Origin: Yuukianura sp. NJ FZ-2021
Lineage: Eukaryota
Direction of reading: 5' to 3'
Length of the DNA: 64,000 nt
Assembly (NCBI GenBank): GCA_046563655.1
Contig: CM102283.1
Coordinates: forward strand, 5,022,001 to 5,086,000
The position numbers and the translations under genes are program-made. The notes beneath the pieces are model-generated. The model did not search any database. It worked only from the letters and a program-made list of their open reading frames with translations, and was not told the DNA's origin. This document shows, piece by piece, positions 33,546 to 47,597 of this stretch (position 1 is its first letter; each line of letters begins with the position of its first letter).

Positions 33546-34483
33546 GAGACCATTAACAAGACGTTGTACGTTCGGAACAAACCATTAGAAGGTAATGTTA
33601 ACACGTAACGTAAGTCAACAAGTACACGACACCTGTAATCGTCAATTAATTGAACCCTGAACAAAACGAAACAAATATGCTAAATAGGTTAAATCCAAGC
33701 GATCATCCTCTTCCTGTCCCCAGTCCCCACTTAAGAAGGTTGATAACGTAAGGATTAACGACAATCATTGTAGTCACACAGTGTAGCCACTCTGGATGGA
33801 AATCGCTTGTGGCTACAATAGGCGGTTACAACTTTACGACAACTCCGGTAGCCACATAAATCTAACCTAAGGTGGCAACATACTACATACGAAGCCGCAC
33901 ACAGCCGCTACGTGGTCGGCCACACAATGCGGGCACAACTAACCTCGTTAAGCCTTACCGCAAGCAATTTTTGTTTTTGGTTGTGAACATTCATCAATCT
34001 CTGACTTTGAAGTCTGAAGGACACGGTTGAAATGTAGAACTCCTCGCATGAACAAAGATTTACGTCATGTACAGCGAGTAAATAACTGTTTTGACACTAA
34101 AAAGAATACAAAAATTCGCGTGCGGCAATAATGTATTCTTTAATTTGATAATAAAGCATCTGCAATGGTAAGTTGTGTTTTAAAATTCGATAAGTTAGCT
34201 CGTATAGAAACTCCAGAACTGGTTCTTGAGACCCCGACAATGTCGGGCCGAAATGTCTGTGACTTGTCAGTTGTTTGCCTAATTAGCTAATCACCCCTGT
34301 ATGCCGTCGTGCTGGTTCTCACTTGTGAGCTAAGTGACGTCTCTCGGCTCTACGGTATAAAGTTGAGTTTCAGGTGAGGTCGTTACAGCACGGTTTTTCT
34401 GGAATCAGTTCGCTTCGGCGCAGTACAAAATTAGTCGGACGTGTCGAAAAACGGTCATAATTTGACTATTTGACGCGATATCG

Positions 34484-36426
34484 CTATGTAAACTGACACA
34501 GTTTCTTCAGTCGCTTGCTCATATTTTTTACGCGAGGTACAGGTCGTCGAATCAGTTTCTGACGAAGTTTCGGGGTGAGAATAGAGGCACACGCGGACGT
34601 AGATGTGTTCTTCCAGAGAGCCCAAATTTGACGCATCTCGGTAGGATCGATCATATGTGAACTAACCTGAGTTTATGCAGGCAAAATGTGTCACGTTTGT
34701 TGCTTTTAGATTTTATCGTGTAGAGTTTATAATGTGATTTACCATTTCCTTGAGGACACACATGTCCTTGGAACTGATTTTGAGGTACGTGAAGGCAACA
34801 GAGTCCTCCGGGAAGATCCCAGCATTCTTCGCCACAATTCCAGTCATGTAGATATCCTTTAAGAATTTGTTATCAAATTATATACGTTAGTAATGACCAA
34901 CACGTAGCCTGGGTGCCTAGTAGCTGATATTACCTCCATGTGGACGAGAGGCGTGGTGAGAGCTGTTTCGAGTAAAGTCGTCACCGCGCTACCAGTGACG
35001 ACGTAGGCAGTACCCGACAAGTATCCTGGATACATCCTGCCAGGAAACAGGTACTGCGGCATAAATAGTTTGGAATTTTTATCGTTGATTGGCTCAGCTC
35101 CGCAAATTAGTCTCCCACTGCAACAAAGTGTAGCAAATGTCAATTTTTAGTAATTGAGAGATGAGTAACGCTGAGAGTACGCTATCAGTATCAACTAAAA
35201 TAATAGCTAACGCTGTCAGAATAACTGCAAGTTCTGTGCTTTGTGTGGGTTTAATTTTGATTACGCAAAGCTAATAAGTAATACAACGAAACCAGCGATA
35301 GTACAGTATTTCATTTCATATCTATAACGGCTATGATTTTGAGAGGCTGTTTTACTTACATCATGTGGGCTCCAGGCATTTGGTGTATCACATCGAAAAG
35401 ACGGTTAATGTTGACAAAAATATCGTCATCTACTTTAAGAACGTGTGGGGGCATGCTGGTTGCGTTTCCCGTGAAGCAGGTGAGGTTGATCCACTTGAAA
35501 ATACTGGCAGTTTTTAGGGTTAAGTTGTGGTAAGTGTCTGCAAAGTCCTCTTCTAAAATGTCCCCAAAATTAGCAGCTTCACCGGCAACTTCCTCCTAAT
35601 CAGTCAACACACAACAATATAGACTCTCCGACTATTAGGACAAAATAAATAACCGAATAAATAAAGTGCAAGAATAGTGTAGTGAGTACTAAATAGGACT
35701 TGGAGTACTCACATAACGAGTTGGTTTACGAAAAAAAAATAAAAGCTGGGAGTGTAGTGAATTACCTCTTCGGTGTCATTCTGACTTCTGCCGAGGGCGA
35801 AGAACAGCTTGACTAGCTTCGGTCTCAATTCCTCTGCTGCTCCCCATGTGTCTCTAATGGCTTGTCGCTGCACGAAGTGCCCAGGCGCAGAAGTGACCAG
35901 AATGAGAATCTTTACCCCTGTCCCGCAGAAGGAAGCCAAATTGCTTGCGTTGCGCCGAGCTACGTCACGTGGCTGCCAAATGAAGCTGTTTATGTCCTGT
36001 GTGTCAATGTAATCTTGCAACTGTAGAGACTGGTTCGAAGGCCAGGAAAGTAGCTCCGCTGTAATTCAAATAAATAGAAGTTAATACTCCTAACTCAGGT
36101 ACCCCAACTGTAATTAAATACTAAATACTAAATTAAATACTAATTAAATTAAAGCTTTCGAGATTTTCTACCGGGTAGACCAATCCCTATAGTTTTGTAT
36201 CTCATCATCCGCATTCTGATTTCGTTAGAAATAAGAACATTTGTTTTGAGCATAGCGACTAACCTGTTCTGTAGCGCCCATTGTGAAAACCGTGCTGAAC
36301 TTTACTGGTAAAGAAGATGAGGAGGAAGCAAAACGTTGCGACGACTAGACATACGCTGGCAAACGTACCCAAAGGACATCGCCTACCACTTCTTCGCGTC
36401 ACGAGGATCGGCCCCATGCGTGCCAT
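34484..36426 (-). CDS. Beta-1,3-galactosyltransferase family (GT31) type II membrane glycosyltransferase
   Basis: N-terminal TM anchor; ILVTSAPGHFVQRQAIRDTWG, DFADTYHNLTLKT, LKVDDDIFVN, YPGYLSGTAYV, HMEDIYMTG; GT-AG introns. Confidence 0.9.
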
Positions 36427-36926
36427 CTTCCTTTTGAGGTTCCTATGATTAAAGTAAATGTCATATTTAGAGCATTATTCGAAGAAACCTGAACCTGACT
36501 TCATTCATCCAACATCCGTCTCCGTCGAAAAGCCAACTCCAATGTTCAGTGTTAATTTTGTCGCCTCAGTATAAAATGAGCCTACAGCCTACTCCTACTG
36601 TAATCGCTGAATAAATTTACAATTACTCAAATGATCTGACTTACATCTCCATACATAACAGGAACCAGTGCTAATTACTACAGAAATACTCTCGAGTCTC
36701 GACACCTCCCGTCCTTAGTTCCAGCATGCGATCCCAACCTCATACGTCACTCCTTACTAAGGCCAGCCCCAGCCGGAGTCCGTGACTTATCGTTTATATG
36801 TCGTTGGGATGCACCTAACATTCTTCGTATCACACAACAGAAACGAAACGAGCACCATATTTAATAAAAACAAGGTTAACCAGATCAAGTCGAATGGCAA
36901 CAGACAGCAGACGTACAAGTTAATGT

Positions 36927-38520
36927 GGCTGAGTTGCAGTTTTGTTCTGAAGCCTCCGTGGCGGCTGTCGGCTGTCGGCTGTCGGCTGTCGGCTGTCGGC
37001 TGTCGGCTGGCGGCTGTCGGCTGTCGGCGGCGGCTGTCGGCTGTCGGCTGGATATATACTTTTTAGGTTAGGTTAGTTAACCTTAGGTTAGTTAACTGGT
37101 AAAAGTGCAGAGTAATTGGTAAGTTCCGATTTGCATGAAATTTATTTCCCAGACTAATTTCGGGTTGCTGAACTCGAATCTGGAATCAAATTTAGGCTGA
37201 CTCCTCAAATAACGAAATGACTTTCAATTTCCCGCGCCGAAGGCGCGGTGTTAGGTTTGGTTAAGTTGACAATAGTGATTCCATTGGTAGGTTTAGTCTA
37301 GGTTACTGAGTTTATAATACTTTTTACGCATATCGGAGGCGAAAAGCCATTCAAAAAAATTTTTTTTTTAAATTTTCAAAAAATTTGAAAAAGTGGTTGG
37401 TAAAAATTTTTTATCATATTCGTGTTCAGCACCTTCAAATTAGTCTAGAAAAAATTTTTCATGCAAATCGGAACTTACCAGTTACTCTGCACTTTTACCA
37501 GTTAGTTAACTAACCTAAGGTTAACTAACCTAACCTAAAGACTATATATCCAGCCGACAGCCGACAGCCGCCGCCGACAGCCGACAGCCGACAGCCGCCG
37601 CCGACAGCCGACAGCCGACAGCCGCCGCCGACAGCCGACAGCCGACAGCCGCCGCCGACAGCCGACAGCCGACAGCCGCCGCCGACAGCCGACAGCCGAC
37701 AGCCGCCGCCGACAGCCGACAGCCGCCACGGAGGCTCCAAAAAATTCTAAATTAAAAAAAAGTTCAAAATTTCAAAAAAAATTCGAAATTTCAAAAAAAT
37801 TTCAAAATTTCAAAAAAAAATCAAAATTTCAAAAAAAAATCAAAATTTCAAAAAAATTTCAAAATTTCAAAAAAAGTTCAAAATTTCAAAAAAAATTTCA
37901 AAATTTCAAAAAAATTTTAAAATTTCAAAAAATTTCAAAATTTCAAAAAAAATTTCAAAATTTCAAAAAAAAAATTCAAAATTTCAAAATTCTTTCAAAA
38001 TTTCAAAATTTTGAAAATTTAGCCACCAGCCGCCGCCGACAGCCGACAGCCGCCAGCCGACAGCCGACAGCCGACAGCCGCCGCCGACAGCCGACAGCCG
38101 ACAGCCGCCGCCGACAGCCGACAGCCGACAGCCGCCACGGAGGCTCCAAAAAATTAAAAATTTCAAAAAAAATTCAAAATTTCAATAAAATTTCGAAATT
38201 TCAAAAAAAATTCAAAAATTCAATAAAATTTCGAAATTTCAAAAAAATTTCAAAATTTCAATAAAATTTCAAAATTTCAAAATTCTTTCAAAATTTCAAA
38301 ATTCTTTCAAAATTTCAAAAAAAAAAAAAATTTCAAAATTTCAAAAAAAAATTCAAAATTTCAAAATTCTTTCAAAATTTCAAAATTTTGAAAATTTAGC
38401 CACCAGCCGCCGCCGACAGCCGACAGCCGCCAGCCGACAGCCGACAGCCGCCAGCCGACAGCCGCCAGCCGACAGCCGACAGCCGCCACGGAGGCTTCAG
38501 AACAAAACTGCAACTCAGCC
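36927..38520. mobile_element. Non-autonomous DNA transposon with GG-terminal TIRs and internal satellite arrays (Merlin- or Mutator-like)
   Basis: TIR GGCTGAGTTGCAGTTTTGTTCTGAAGCCTCCGTGGCGG at both ends; 8-bp TSD GTTAATGT at 36919-36926 and 38521-38528; GCCGACA and AAAATTTC arrays inside. Confidence 0.9.
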
Positions 38521-40362
38521 GTTAATGTTTATGACGTTACACAACAGGATTTGCCAGATACGAATAAAACATTTCGGGAAAGCCTAAGGAGGGGTTAGAC
38601 GGTGATAGACTTTACATATCAATTAGTAACTTACTAACCTATGTAGGAATGATCTAATAGTTACTAAATAGTTTAAATATAATGTGTATCACGTGTTCGC
38701 TGTTCTATGTTCTTTCTGGAATCTGGATAAAAAAAAACCAATGCATTTTCCCTATTGAACGGGCGTGCCTAAAACGCTGATTTTCTCTCAATGTGTTCGC
38801 ATTAAAATGCACCGTACGGACTGCGGTGTGGTTTCCCTAAAACGCAGATCGCGGATTCCGCGGATTATCGCGCACTGCACTGTACATATTAGAAAAAAGT
38901 TAACTACTCAAAGTTAGGTTTGATCAAAGACCCTGGGTAGCAAGGAGATGATAATGTTCTTGGCAAGTTGTTGTTGATGTCCAGTCCAATCAATGAACAC
39001 TCATTTCACAAATATGTGCGCTATGCGTGATTCGAAATTTCCTTGAAGCTTAATTTGTCATCACCGAAAGTGAACTCCGTGTTTTAGGCAAACCCAGTTG
39101 ACAACATGGCAATTTGCTCCCTTATTTTATTTTGGTAACTTCACATATCACACTAATCTCCGGACTGCGAGACATGGGACGGTCAATCTGAATAATGAAT
39201 TGGCTTGCTTACTTTATATGGGGCGGAGGTACTAATAGTCATTTAAATTCCAAGATCTGTTAACGCAAGAAATAACAGGCGTTTCTTGTGCAATGTGCTC
39301 AAAAGTTAACTTCGTCAAGCGTTTATGCGGAAAGGGTGCGGATTCCGTAGAATAGTGAGTCATTTGGGTGCTATTGGTGGTCGTTGTAGTGCTTAATAGA
39401 TGTACTTTGGCAGGGCAAGAAGGAGCGAAGGAAGTACTTCTTGAGTTGTAATACTACTTCTATGTAGCAGACGAGAGGCTATACAGACAACATATGATAA
39501 GCTTAGGACTAATTAGCTAAAAAAAACTAAATAGGTTTAGAGTAAGTGGGTTATGTTTCAATTTCAACGTAGCCTCACTCTACTACATACTAACCCAACA
39601 AACGAAATCCGACTCATACACTTCCGGAGCTGAAGACGTCGGGGTCGCACACGGTACTAAATCTTGTTCTAAAATTATTGTACACTGATACCGATACCGA
39701 AACAGAGGCTCGGTTTCGGTATCGGTCGGTATAATCATTCAAAATGATTCTGTGTTTCTGAATTCTAATTTTTGGAATTATCCTATGCTGTAGATGGGGG
39801 ACTTGAACGTGAAATGGAGTGCGATGATAGTGGAACTGGGGACACTGGGAATTGGTATGGGTGTTTGATCGTTTACAAACATTGATCGCCATTGAGAAAT
39901 TGAACTATGGTTGGTGGGAACGGGACGCACTAGGACAGAGGCTACTAATTTTTTTTTAGTACGAGCACGCAAAAGGAGAGCATTTCTCGCTCTCAAGACT
40001 TCAGTGGAATGCTTTTCCAGTTCGATGCGACGCTCATTTCCATTTCCATAACCCACATAGCCCTGTGCTGTGCTTACATGTTAAGGTCAAATGGTACTTA
40101 CTAAATGTGGGATTAACCCCTCCTACCTAGTTTTCTAAAGTTCTGTAATGAAAAGTTCAAAATCGGCAAACAAATACTTACTATTATTTCAGTCGAAATT
40201 CGAACAACACCACCATATTCCAATTTCGCCGGGTTGGATCGGTGGGATTTGTGCTCCGAGCCATAAATACGTTGTGTTGCTCTTAAATGAGTATGAATCC
40301 CACACCGCTGCTCGTGTTTGTAGTATTTGGTTTGTAATTTTTGAATGATGAATCCTTCGTAG

Positions 40363-42332
40363 CCGGGAGTGTAGTGACACTAATTAGACGACGCTTTACG
40401 CCGTTTCGCCGTGGCGTCTTCTGCGGAGATGAAACCATAGCGTTCCCCTTCCAGTCAAACCCAACCTTCAAATCCAGCTCAATCGCCGTCATCTGCGCCC
40501 TCATCTCCTTCTCCACGGTCAATCCATTCTTTCGATTAATCTCTCTAAATTATTTTCACAATCATAGTTCTTAATGCTTTCCCTGCTTCATCCTTACTAG
40601 CGATTAGGAAACCATGTACTGATGTACAAGGTGGGGAAAAAAAACTTGGAAGTTTTTGAGAGAGATTGTTAACGATACTCCGGCTGCAGTAAACCATGAG
40701 CGTCATTGTTTGTAACGTCCCATTGTAATGTCTCTGTCTTCGTCGGAACATCTTTCTCTAATGAGGAAATGTGGCTAACATTGAAGAGAATCGGCACATT
40801 GTAGTTGCAGCATAACTTGCAATGTGCCTGCGCTTTTGTAAACTTTGCCACTGACGATTTAACACTTTTGAGCAATGGCTTTGGGAGTGATTATTCTTAG
40901 ATTTTGTTTTTATGACGTAGGTGGGATAATTCTGCTAATTTACGTTACGGTTGTGACTCCTACGCGTCGTGGCCTTTACTGTGACGATGAGAGCATCCAA
41001 TACCCTTTCCATCCATCGACCATTCCGAACTACCTTCTCTACATTTACGGCTTCACGATTCCTCTCGTTCTGGTTCGTTTCTTTTATTTTACTCTTATCG
41101 ATCACCTTTCGTTTTTCATTTTTTAACAAACCAGCCTGCTGCGCTGCATGCTAAGTCACAACGAAGCCAACCCATCAGTCACAAATTAAAGGATCAAACT
41201 TTTGCTATACGTGCGAGTTCCAACTGGCTGTTTTGGGAACCGTTATGAAGTTCTGATGTGCGGAATGACGGAACTTTATAGTGGACGTTACAAGCCAGAC
41301 TCTGTTTTACTCTGACGATAGCTTTGGCATAATGTTTTGCATCCAGCGCATGGGTGTTCTGACACTACTTTATTAACATTAATTAGACAATTGTTTCCTT
41401 CCATCACATTTTGATATTTAATGGTCAATTCGCAGCATTAAATAATTAATGTGTGTTAATCATGCAGATTATTGTGACGGAGGTGTTTGTGGGCAGACGC
41501 AGACGTGGTAAAGGGACGTTCGTAGGACTCAAGGCACCTAATTGGGTTCTGTCCTTTTACCGAAGTTTAGTGGACTTTACATTCGGAATGGTGGCGACAC
41601 AGCTGATTACGGATATCGGCAAGTACTCAATTGGGAGACTGAGGCCTAACTTCATCGATGTATGCAAACCTAACATCGACTTCTCCAATTGCGCAAGTAA
41701 TTTTTGCCTCACGGTTACATTGAATTTACTCCTAATAAATCTAAAACTAACGATTTACTGATTTGATGTTGACGTCGCTGAGTTTTCTAGGTTACAACCA
41801 TGCCTATATTGTGAATTACACGTGCACAAAGACCGACAACGATGCCGTTGAAAGCAGAGTTTCGTTTCCCTCGGGTCACTCTTCGTTCTCGGCCTACACG
41901 ATGCTGTACTGTGCCATCTTCATTCAGGTCAAGTGGAAAGTCGGGGAGTCCGGTATGCTGAGGATTGTCAAACACACTGTTCAAGTCGTCCTCATTCTCC
42001 TCGCTTACTTCACTGCCGTATCTCGAGTCATGGACAACAAGCACCACTGGTCAGATGTCACTGCGGGTGCCCTGCTCGGTTGCATCGTTGCGTCACTCAC
42101 AGTAAACGACCATTTAACTTAAACATTTTCAATTTAAACTGAGGGCTTAACTTTTATAGTAATTATTTCGTTTTTTGCGTAACAGGCCAAATATGTTGCA
42201 AAACTGAGTCCCAAGAGATCTGTCGGGAGTGGGAATGGAGAGGAACAATTCGAAGGGATCACAATCAACGACGAGGAGAGTGGCAGCAGGACACGGACGC
42301 CAAAAGAGGACTCTGCTTCTCGTCCTACTTAA
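40363..42332 (+). CDS. Lipid phosphate phosphatase (PAP2/wunen/PLPP family); first coding exon not located; two alternative versions of one exon
   Basis: RRGLYCDDESIQYPF, KYSIGRLRPNFIDVCKP, SFPSGHSSFS and SRVMDNKHHWSDVTAG (the three PAP2 catalytic motifs are present). Confidence 0.88.
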
Positions 42333-43224
42333 GTCCATAAAGGACATCGCAATTCTCATGGACGAAGTCCCTTTACAATTGATTCCCGCAGTTTTAAAAG
42401 TACCCCCTTCCTAAACGTTGTCAGGATCCCCTTTCCTCTGAAGTTCCAGTGCTGGTCAACGATTTAATAGGATTTTTAAAGACTCGACTTACTATTAATG
42501 ATGTGTTCTACTTCTACAAAAGCTTAAGCAATTTACTAGCCCTCAATTACGAAACAAACATTATTCAACTCACAAATACACAACTTTGCATGTACTACTA
42601 GCAAATACTAGTAAGATGCGAGACAGTCAAACAAAGGACTACACTATCCTTACAATTTGTTTCCGTTAATAGACCGTCCAACTGCCAAACAGTCAAATTC
42701 ATCCTGCAAATGACTGCTAGCGACCAACTCATCCCGGTTACAAATACAATTAATGACGCATCATCTAAAAAGCCAGCCAGCAACTTTTAGTTCTCTTCAG
42801 TATTCACTCTCCTCAAATTACCTTTACCATTCGTAATTCTTTTACTTAAGTTTAGGCCTTCAGTCTCAGAAAAATACAGTGCGACATTCTAGATATTACT
42901 ATTAATTAGTACAGTAAACACATTTGACCTCTTATGATGAAATAAAACTGAGCTTTGATGACGATTCGTTTGAATACTTTCAATGACAATCTAAATGTTT
43001 CAGAATATTTGAAATTCACTTTATTACATTACAGTAGAATTAAGCAACAAACGCGACAACCCCGTTACACCGTGCATTTTTTCAATTGTTTCATATCCAA
43101 ATGTGAAATGTAGGTCCAGCGCATGAACCTGGATAAGAAATACGAGATCAAATTAGATTGGATTTAGCCAATTCCGTTGATTGATGGTTGGTTAGCTAAG
43201 CAAAAGCAGTAAGGAATACCTTAG

Positions 43225-45104
43225 TTAGTGCGGTTGCACCGTTGTTTGATGAGCTGTGGGGTCGTAGAGGCGCACGTATGGATCTTGTCCCGTGGACACA
43301 GGAGTTGGGGTTCCCATGGGATTGAAGAGCGTGAGGTTCTGAGGAAGCAGTTGTGGTTGGTGGTAATTGGCCGGCGCAGTCGGGATTTGGGCCGGTGGAC
43401 TGAAGTACCCATGAGAAGAAGGCGGAAGGGCATATGGATTTGAACGAGTCTGCTCCGTATTGCTTGTAGTTTGTGCCGTTGTTGGAATTATCGGCGGCAT
43501 TACCATAGTCGTTGACACGGTGATTGGTGGCATGCCAGGGATGTTGAGAGGAGTCGTGATCGTTGGTGGGTGTGGTATGGGTGGAGATTGCGCTGTCTGT
43601 CCATTGTAGGAGGATGGAAGCCCATCACCGACGTTACCGGGAGTAACGGTACTGCTAAGCCGCTGCTCGTCTTCTGCGTGGGGAGCGTGGATATTACCAT
43701 GAATACTACTTGTCGGAGTTACTACTGGAGCGCCTCCCTTCTCTGCTAATAAGGCTGCTTGTACACCACCATCCAAATGTGGAGGGTGCTGATGCTCGTG
43801 GTCATGGCCATGACAAGTGTCGTGGGTATGCCCATGGGCGTGCGAACTCCCGTGATCATGAACGTGGTCACCACTACAACTTGAAGCGCCAGAGCCCTCG
43901 GAGTGACTTGCGTCAATTCCTAGCACAGACGAAAACGTTTTCTTGGGTTTCGGAAGTTGCCCTGAGGGCGCAGACTGTGATTCCAATTCGTTCGTAGCAG
44001 TGCTTCCTCCTTCCAAAGGTACATAATGTGGAATTCGATGTAAGTAGCCGTATCCAATTCCACATCCCAAACTAATAACAAATGCAAAGAAAGTACAAAA
44101 CATGACGACATGACCAAGATTTACTTAAGTGTGATTCATTACCTTCCTTCCCCACCCCATTTGGGGTCCGGAGTAATTGTGACATCCCGAGTTCTGTCCG
44201 TATCCAAATTATAGACATACAGTTTTAGAGCACGATTTTGATGGCTTTCAACTAAACTGAAGAAGTCTTCGGACTCATGCAGAACTGAGTCAGCGCCGAT
44301 GACGTAGTCCTGAAAAGCTACGAGGCCAGCGCGATCAGCCGGCGAATTTGGTTGAACCTGTCCAAAGTCATGAAACTTGTAATTTAGAACCATAAGATAA
44401 AGTCTACGTTTTGGTTTTTACGCAAAGAAACTTACATCCAGAATCCTCCAAACATTTTCTGCTGCATTTTGAAACGAACAAAATCGAATTGATACGCCTA
44501 ACAGCCCCTGACCTCCCCATAGGGCTGACGGTTTGATTTGAACCGAACGAACCATCTGCGTCTTGCTCGAATAGACACACATTTCAATGGTTTTCTCTGC
44601 ATTGTTTTTAAGGATCTCCTTAAGCGTATCGTTGTCTTGGTCAAGTCGTGTTCCATTCAGAGCCACAATGAAGTCGAAAAAAGCCTGGCAAGAAGAATCA
44701 ACAAATAAGACAACACATAATTTTATAGTATGCATATTTTATATCTTAATTAATAGACGACAAAAAGTGATCAACTGTAAATACTCATTGAGCTCAACAA
44801 CTAGGTTGTAGAGGTCAAGCTTGTAGAGGTCATTTTTTTTTGCTTATAAGAGGCAGGGGGTCATATCACTTGTTTGTAAAAATAAATAAGCAAATCTTTA
44901 TCTTTGCTGCAACCGTAACGGCCATCTTTAATATAACCATGACGTGTCCCTTATGTTCATCAACGTTTCGATTACATAATTTAAAACATGCTGACTACGT
45001 ACCTCCAAACCAGCATCCCCTCCTGGACTATTTTCTTGAACTCTGAGGACGTGGTAGCCCTCGGTTCCACCGCCTGGAACTTGAACGCTACTGGCATTGC
45101 CCAT
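43225..45104 (-). CDS. GORASP2: Golgi reassembly-stacking protein (GRASP55/65)
   Basis: Myristoylation-type start [72 protein letters not shown]; Ser/Pro-rich tail. Confidence 0.92.
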
Positions 45105-47597
45105 GTTGTTGACTCCCAACTAATTTGATGAACTTTGACTTGTTGACAGTTTCACCCGTGAACTCTTTTACGTGACGTCGACGTAGGCTTTATTTACAAG
45201 TTGCAGTAGTGTTGTACGGTGCTACAGCTGTTTCACATGACACTTCCAACAAAGCAAATTAACACGCGCTGGATTTTGCGCAAATGAGAATCGATGAATT
45301 GAATCACCTCAACCGGAACACATATGGTCGTCCGTCACCCGAATGACAACAACGATAGTGTAAAACCTCTCCCTCGGTCTCACTAATCCTCTGACTTTTC
45401 ATCTAGGACAAGTCTAGTCGAAGTTTAGTTTAGACAAAATGATTCATGTGGCATTTTAAACGCTTTGTTCGTCTTGGTTCTTTCTTCAAATTAAGGTTAA
45501 AACTAATACCTATATTCCATTGTCGATTGAACAAAAACATGCTTTCGCCCTGTTTCTAAAACAGAAGCTACAGTAACAGGTTACTAACTAAACAAGAGGA
45601 CTGCGATTATTAGGGTGTCGGCCTTAACGATAAACCACCTTTACCTTTAGTGAATTTCAACAAGGTGACAGACCAGACTCTTTATAGTGGCAGGGTTACG
45701 TAGAATAGAAAAACTTTGATAGCCCTTGCCTTAACGTTCACCAAAGCAATCGACCTGCCGTTCATGTAAACAGACAAAAGACATACGTTTTACAATTCAT
45801 TTTCTTTGCAGTAATCTAATCGCTTAAGAGCAACGAGTAACCCCAACTCTTATTAAATGTGCCGATTAATTGTTGGTTACTGTCTTTTCCCCCCATGTTA
45901 ATCGAGTTGAAATACCAAACAGTAATTAAATACCATAGAGCTAGGAATTGTTAAAAATCGCAAACAGCATGCAGCAGTAAGACATTTTGAAAGGCAGTAT
46001 GTGAACCACTGTAATAAGTTCCGTTCTGGGTTCGTGAGTTGGCTAGAGTCAAGGGAAAGAATGGCGAGAGGGCATAAAAAGTGGCTGGATTGGATTGGGC
46101 TGTGCAGAGCCACATAAGGCATGGCATTTCACAAGGCAGAGCAAATCAAGCCACAGAACAGGAACGCTCAACGCTCTACTCAGACTCGCAAGGCAAGAGG
46201 AAGGGGAATCTCCAACGTTACGGGGGTTACCCAATACGGCAGACCCCTGCACCTACCATTCACAATATCCATATGACAAAATCCTTAGATTTCTTGACAG
46301 ATTTAAAAAATATGAATTATTCCTTTCTACTGTTTTTGAGTTATAGTATTTACTTTAAACTGCGCATGCCTGATGTGTTTTAAGCTACCTCATTCTTCTA
46401 GAAAATGGCTTCGGAGAAGTGAATTACTCGGTAGAAAATTTTGAATTACTTCGTAAACGCGGTGAAAAATATTTTAACTTGTCTAGTCTAACAATTTGTA
46501 TGTTAGAAATTTAAAAAAAATGCGTTATGACTGGATCAATGAAGGCATCAATTCCCCTAACACCGTCAATTTATTACGAGGGCCTTAACGATATTTTATT
46601 TCGCCATCAAAACATAATTTTGACATAGTTTAAGCCCTAACCCTTGAAGGTTAATCCGAATTCTGGCTTAGTAGAATTCCACCACGCAATAGCAGTATTC
46701 CTTATTTTTAAAAAATTCACAGTAGTTAAGGCGATTAGATAGCGAGAAGCCTGACTGGTATGGTGGAAGATTGAGCCGTTGCGTGATGATGGTGCAGCTG
46801 TCTGTCTTTTTGTCCATTAGGTTGCCTATGCCTCTTCATAGCTGCATCTCTGCCTTCTCGTTGGGAAGGAAGACTGGGAAGGGAAGCGTCGCTTTGCAAT
46901 GCTGAAAGTGCACAAAAGCCCATGCCCCTGCCTTCTCCGTTGAAGTGAAGCCAGGCAAAGTACAGGGAAAGGAACCTACATCTCTCTCCATACATTTCAA
47001 GTTGACTGTATTCTTGACGTTCAAGGCACTCAACTGATCACTACGTTATTCAAGGGACCCGGATTCCTACGTCATCTTAAAGGTCAGTCTTTGCGCTTTC
47101 TTTTCCATCCAAAATCACTGCTGAAACTGGCCGTTGACCCTTGGAAATCGGTTTTAAACTGGAGAAGTGTTGAGAGTGTGAGGAAAGGATTGGCCATTTG
47201 CAATAATAAAATCGAAGCGCAGAAGGGAGTAGAGAGAGGAGGGAGAGGGAACAAGGAGGCAGCTCACTGCTCCACTTCAATCCCACCGAATCCAAACAGT
47301 CAAAAATGTTTTCCCGCCGTAGTGCTTGAATCCTCAAAGCCCGCTCACTTCCTGTCACTTTGCTTTCTAACCGTTTCTTTCGTAACGAAACATTAAGGGC
47401 ACTTTTAACAACAGTAACAACGATTAAATCAGCAGTTAAATAAGTTTTTTCAATTAAGCTAGTCAACGTTATTTGTCCTCTCGGAAAGGGTGTTGTACGT
47501 ATCCGCTTCACTTATCGGCTGTTTTGAATTTCTCAACGGACTTTCATTAGGAATTCTAATTTTTGTGTTGGATATTTGATTACAGAATTACTGAAGG

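Noticed and set aside
36955-38490. GCCGACA arrays as a CRISPR array, or the RLSAVGGGC ORFs as proteins
   Set aside because: There are no unique spacers; the ORFs are translations of a satellite inside a TIR element
45898-47511. Short ORFs between GRASP and HMGB
   Set aside because: No recognisable domains; likely promoter, UTR or intron sequence of the divergent gene pair
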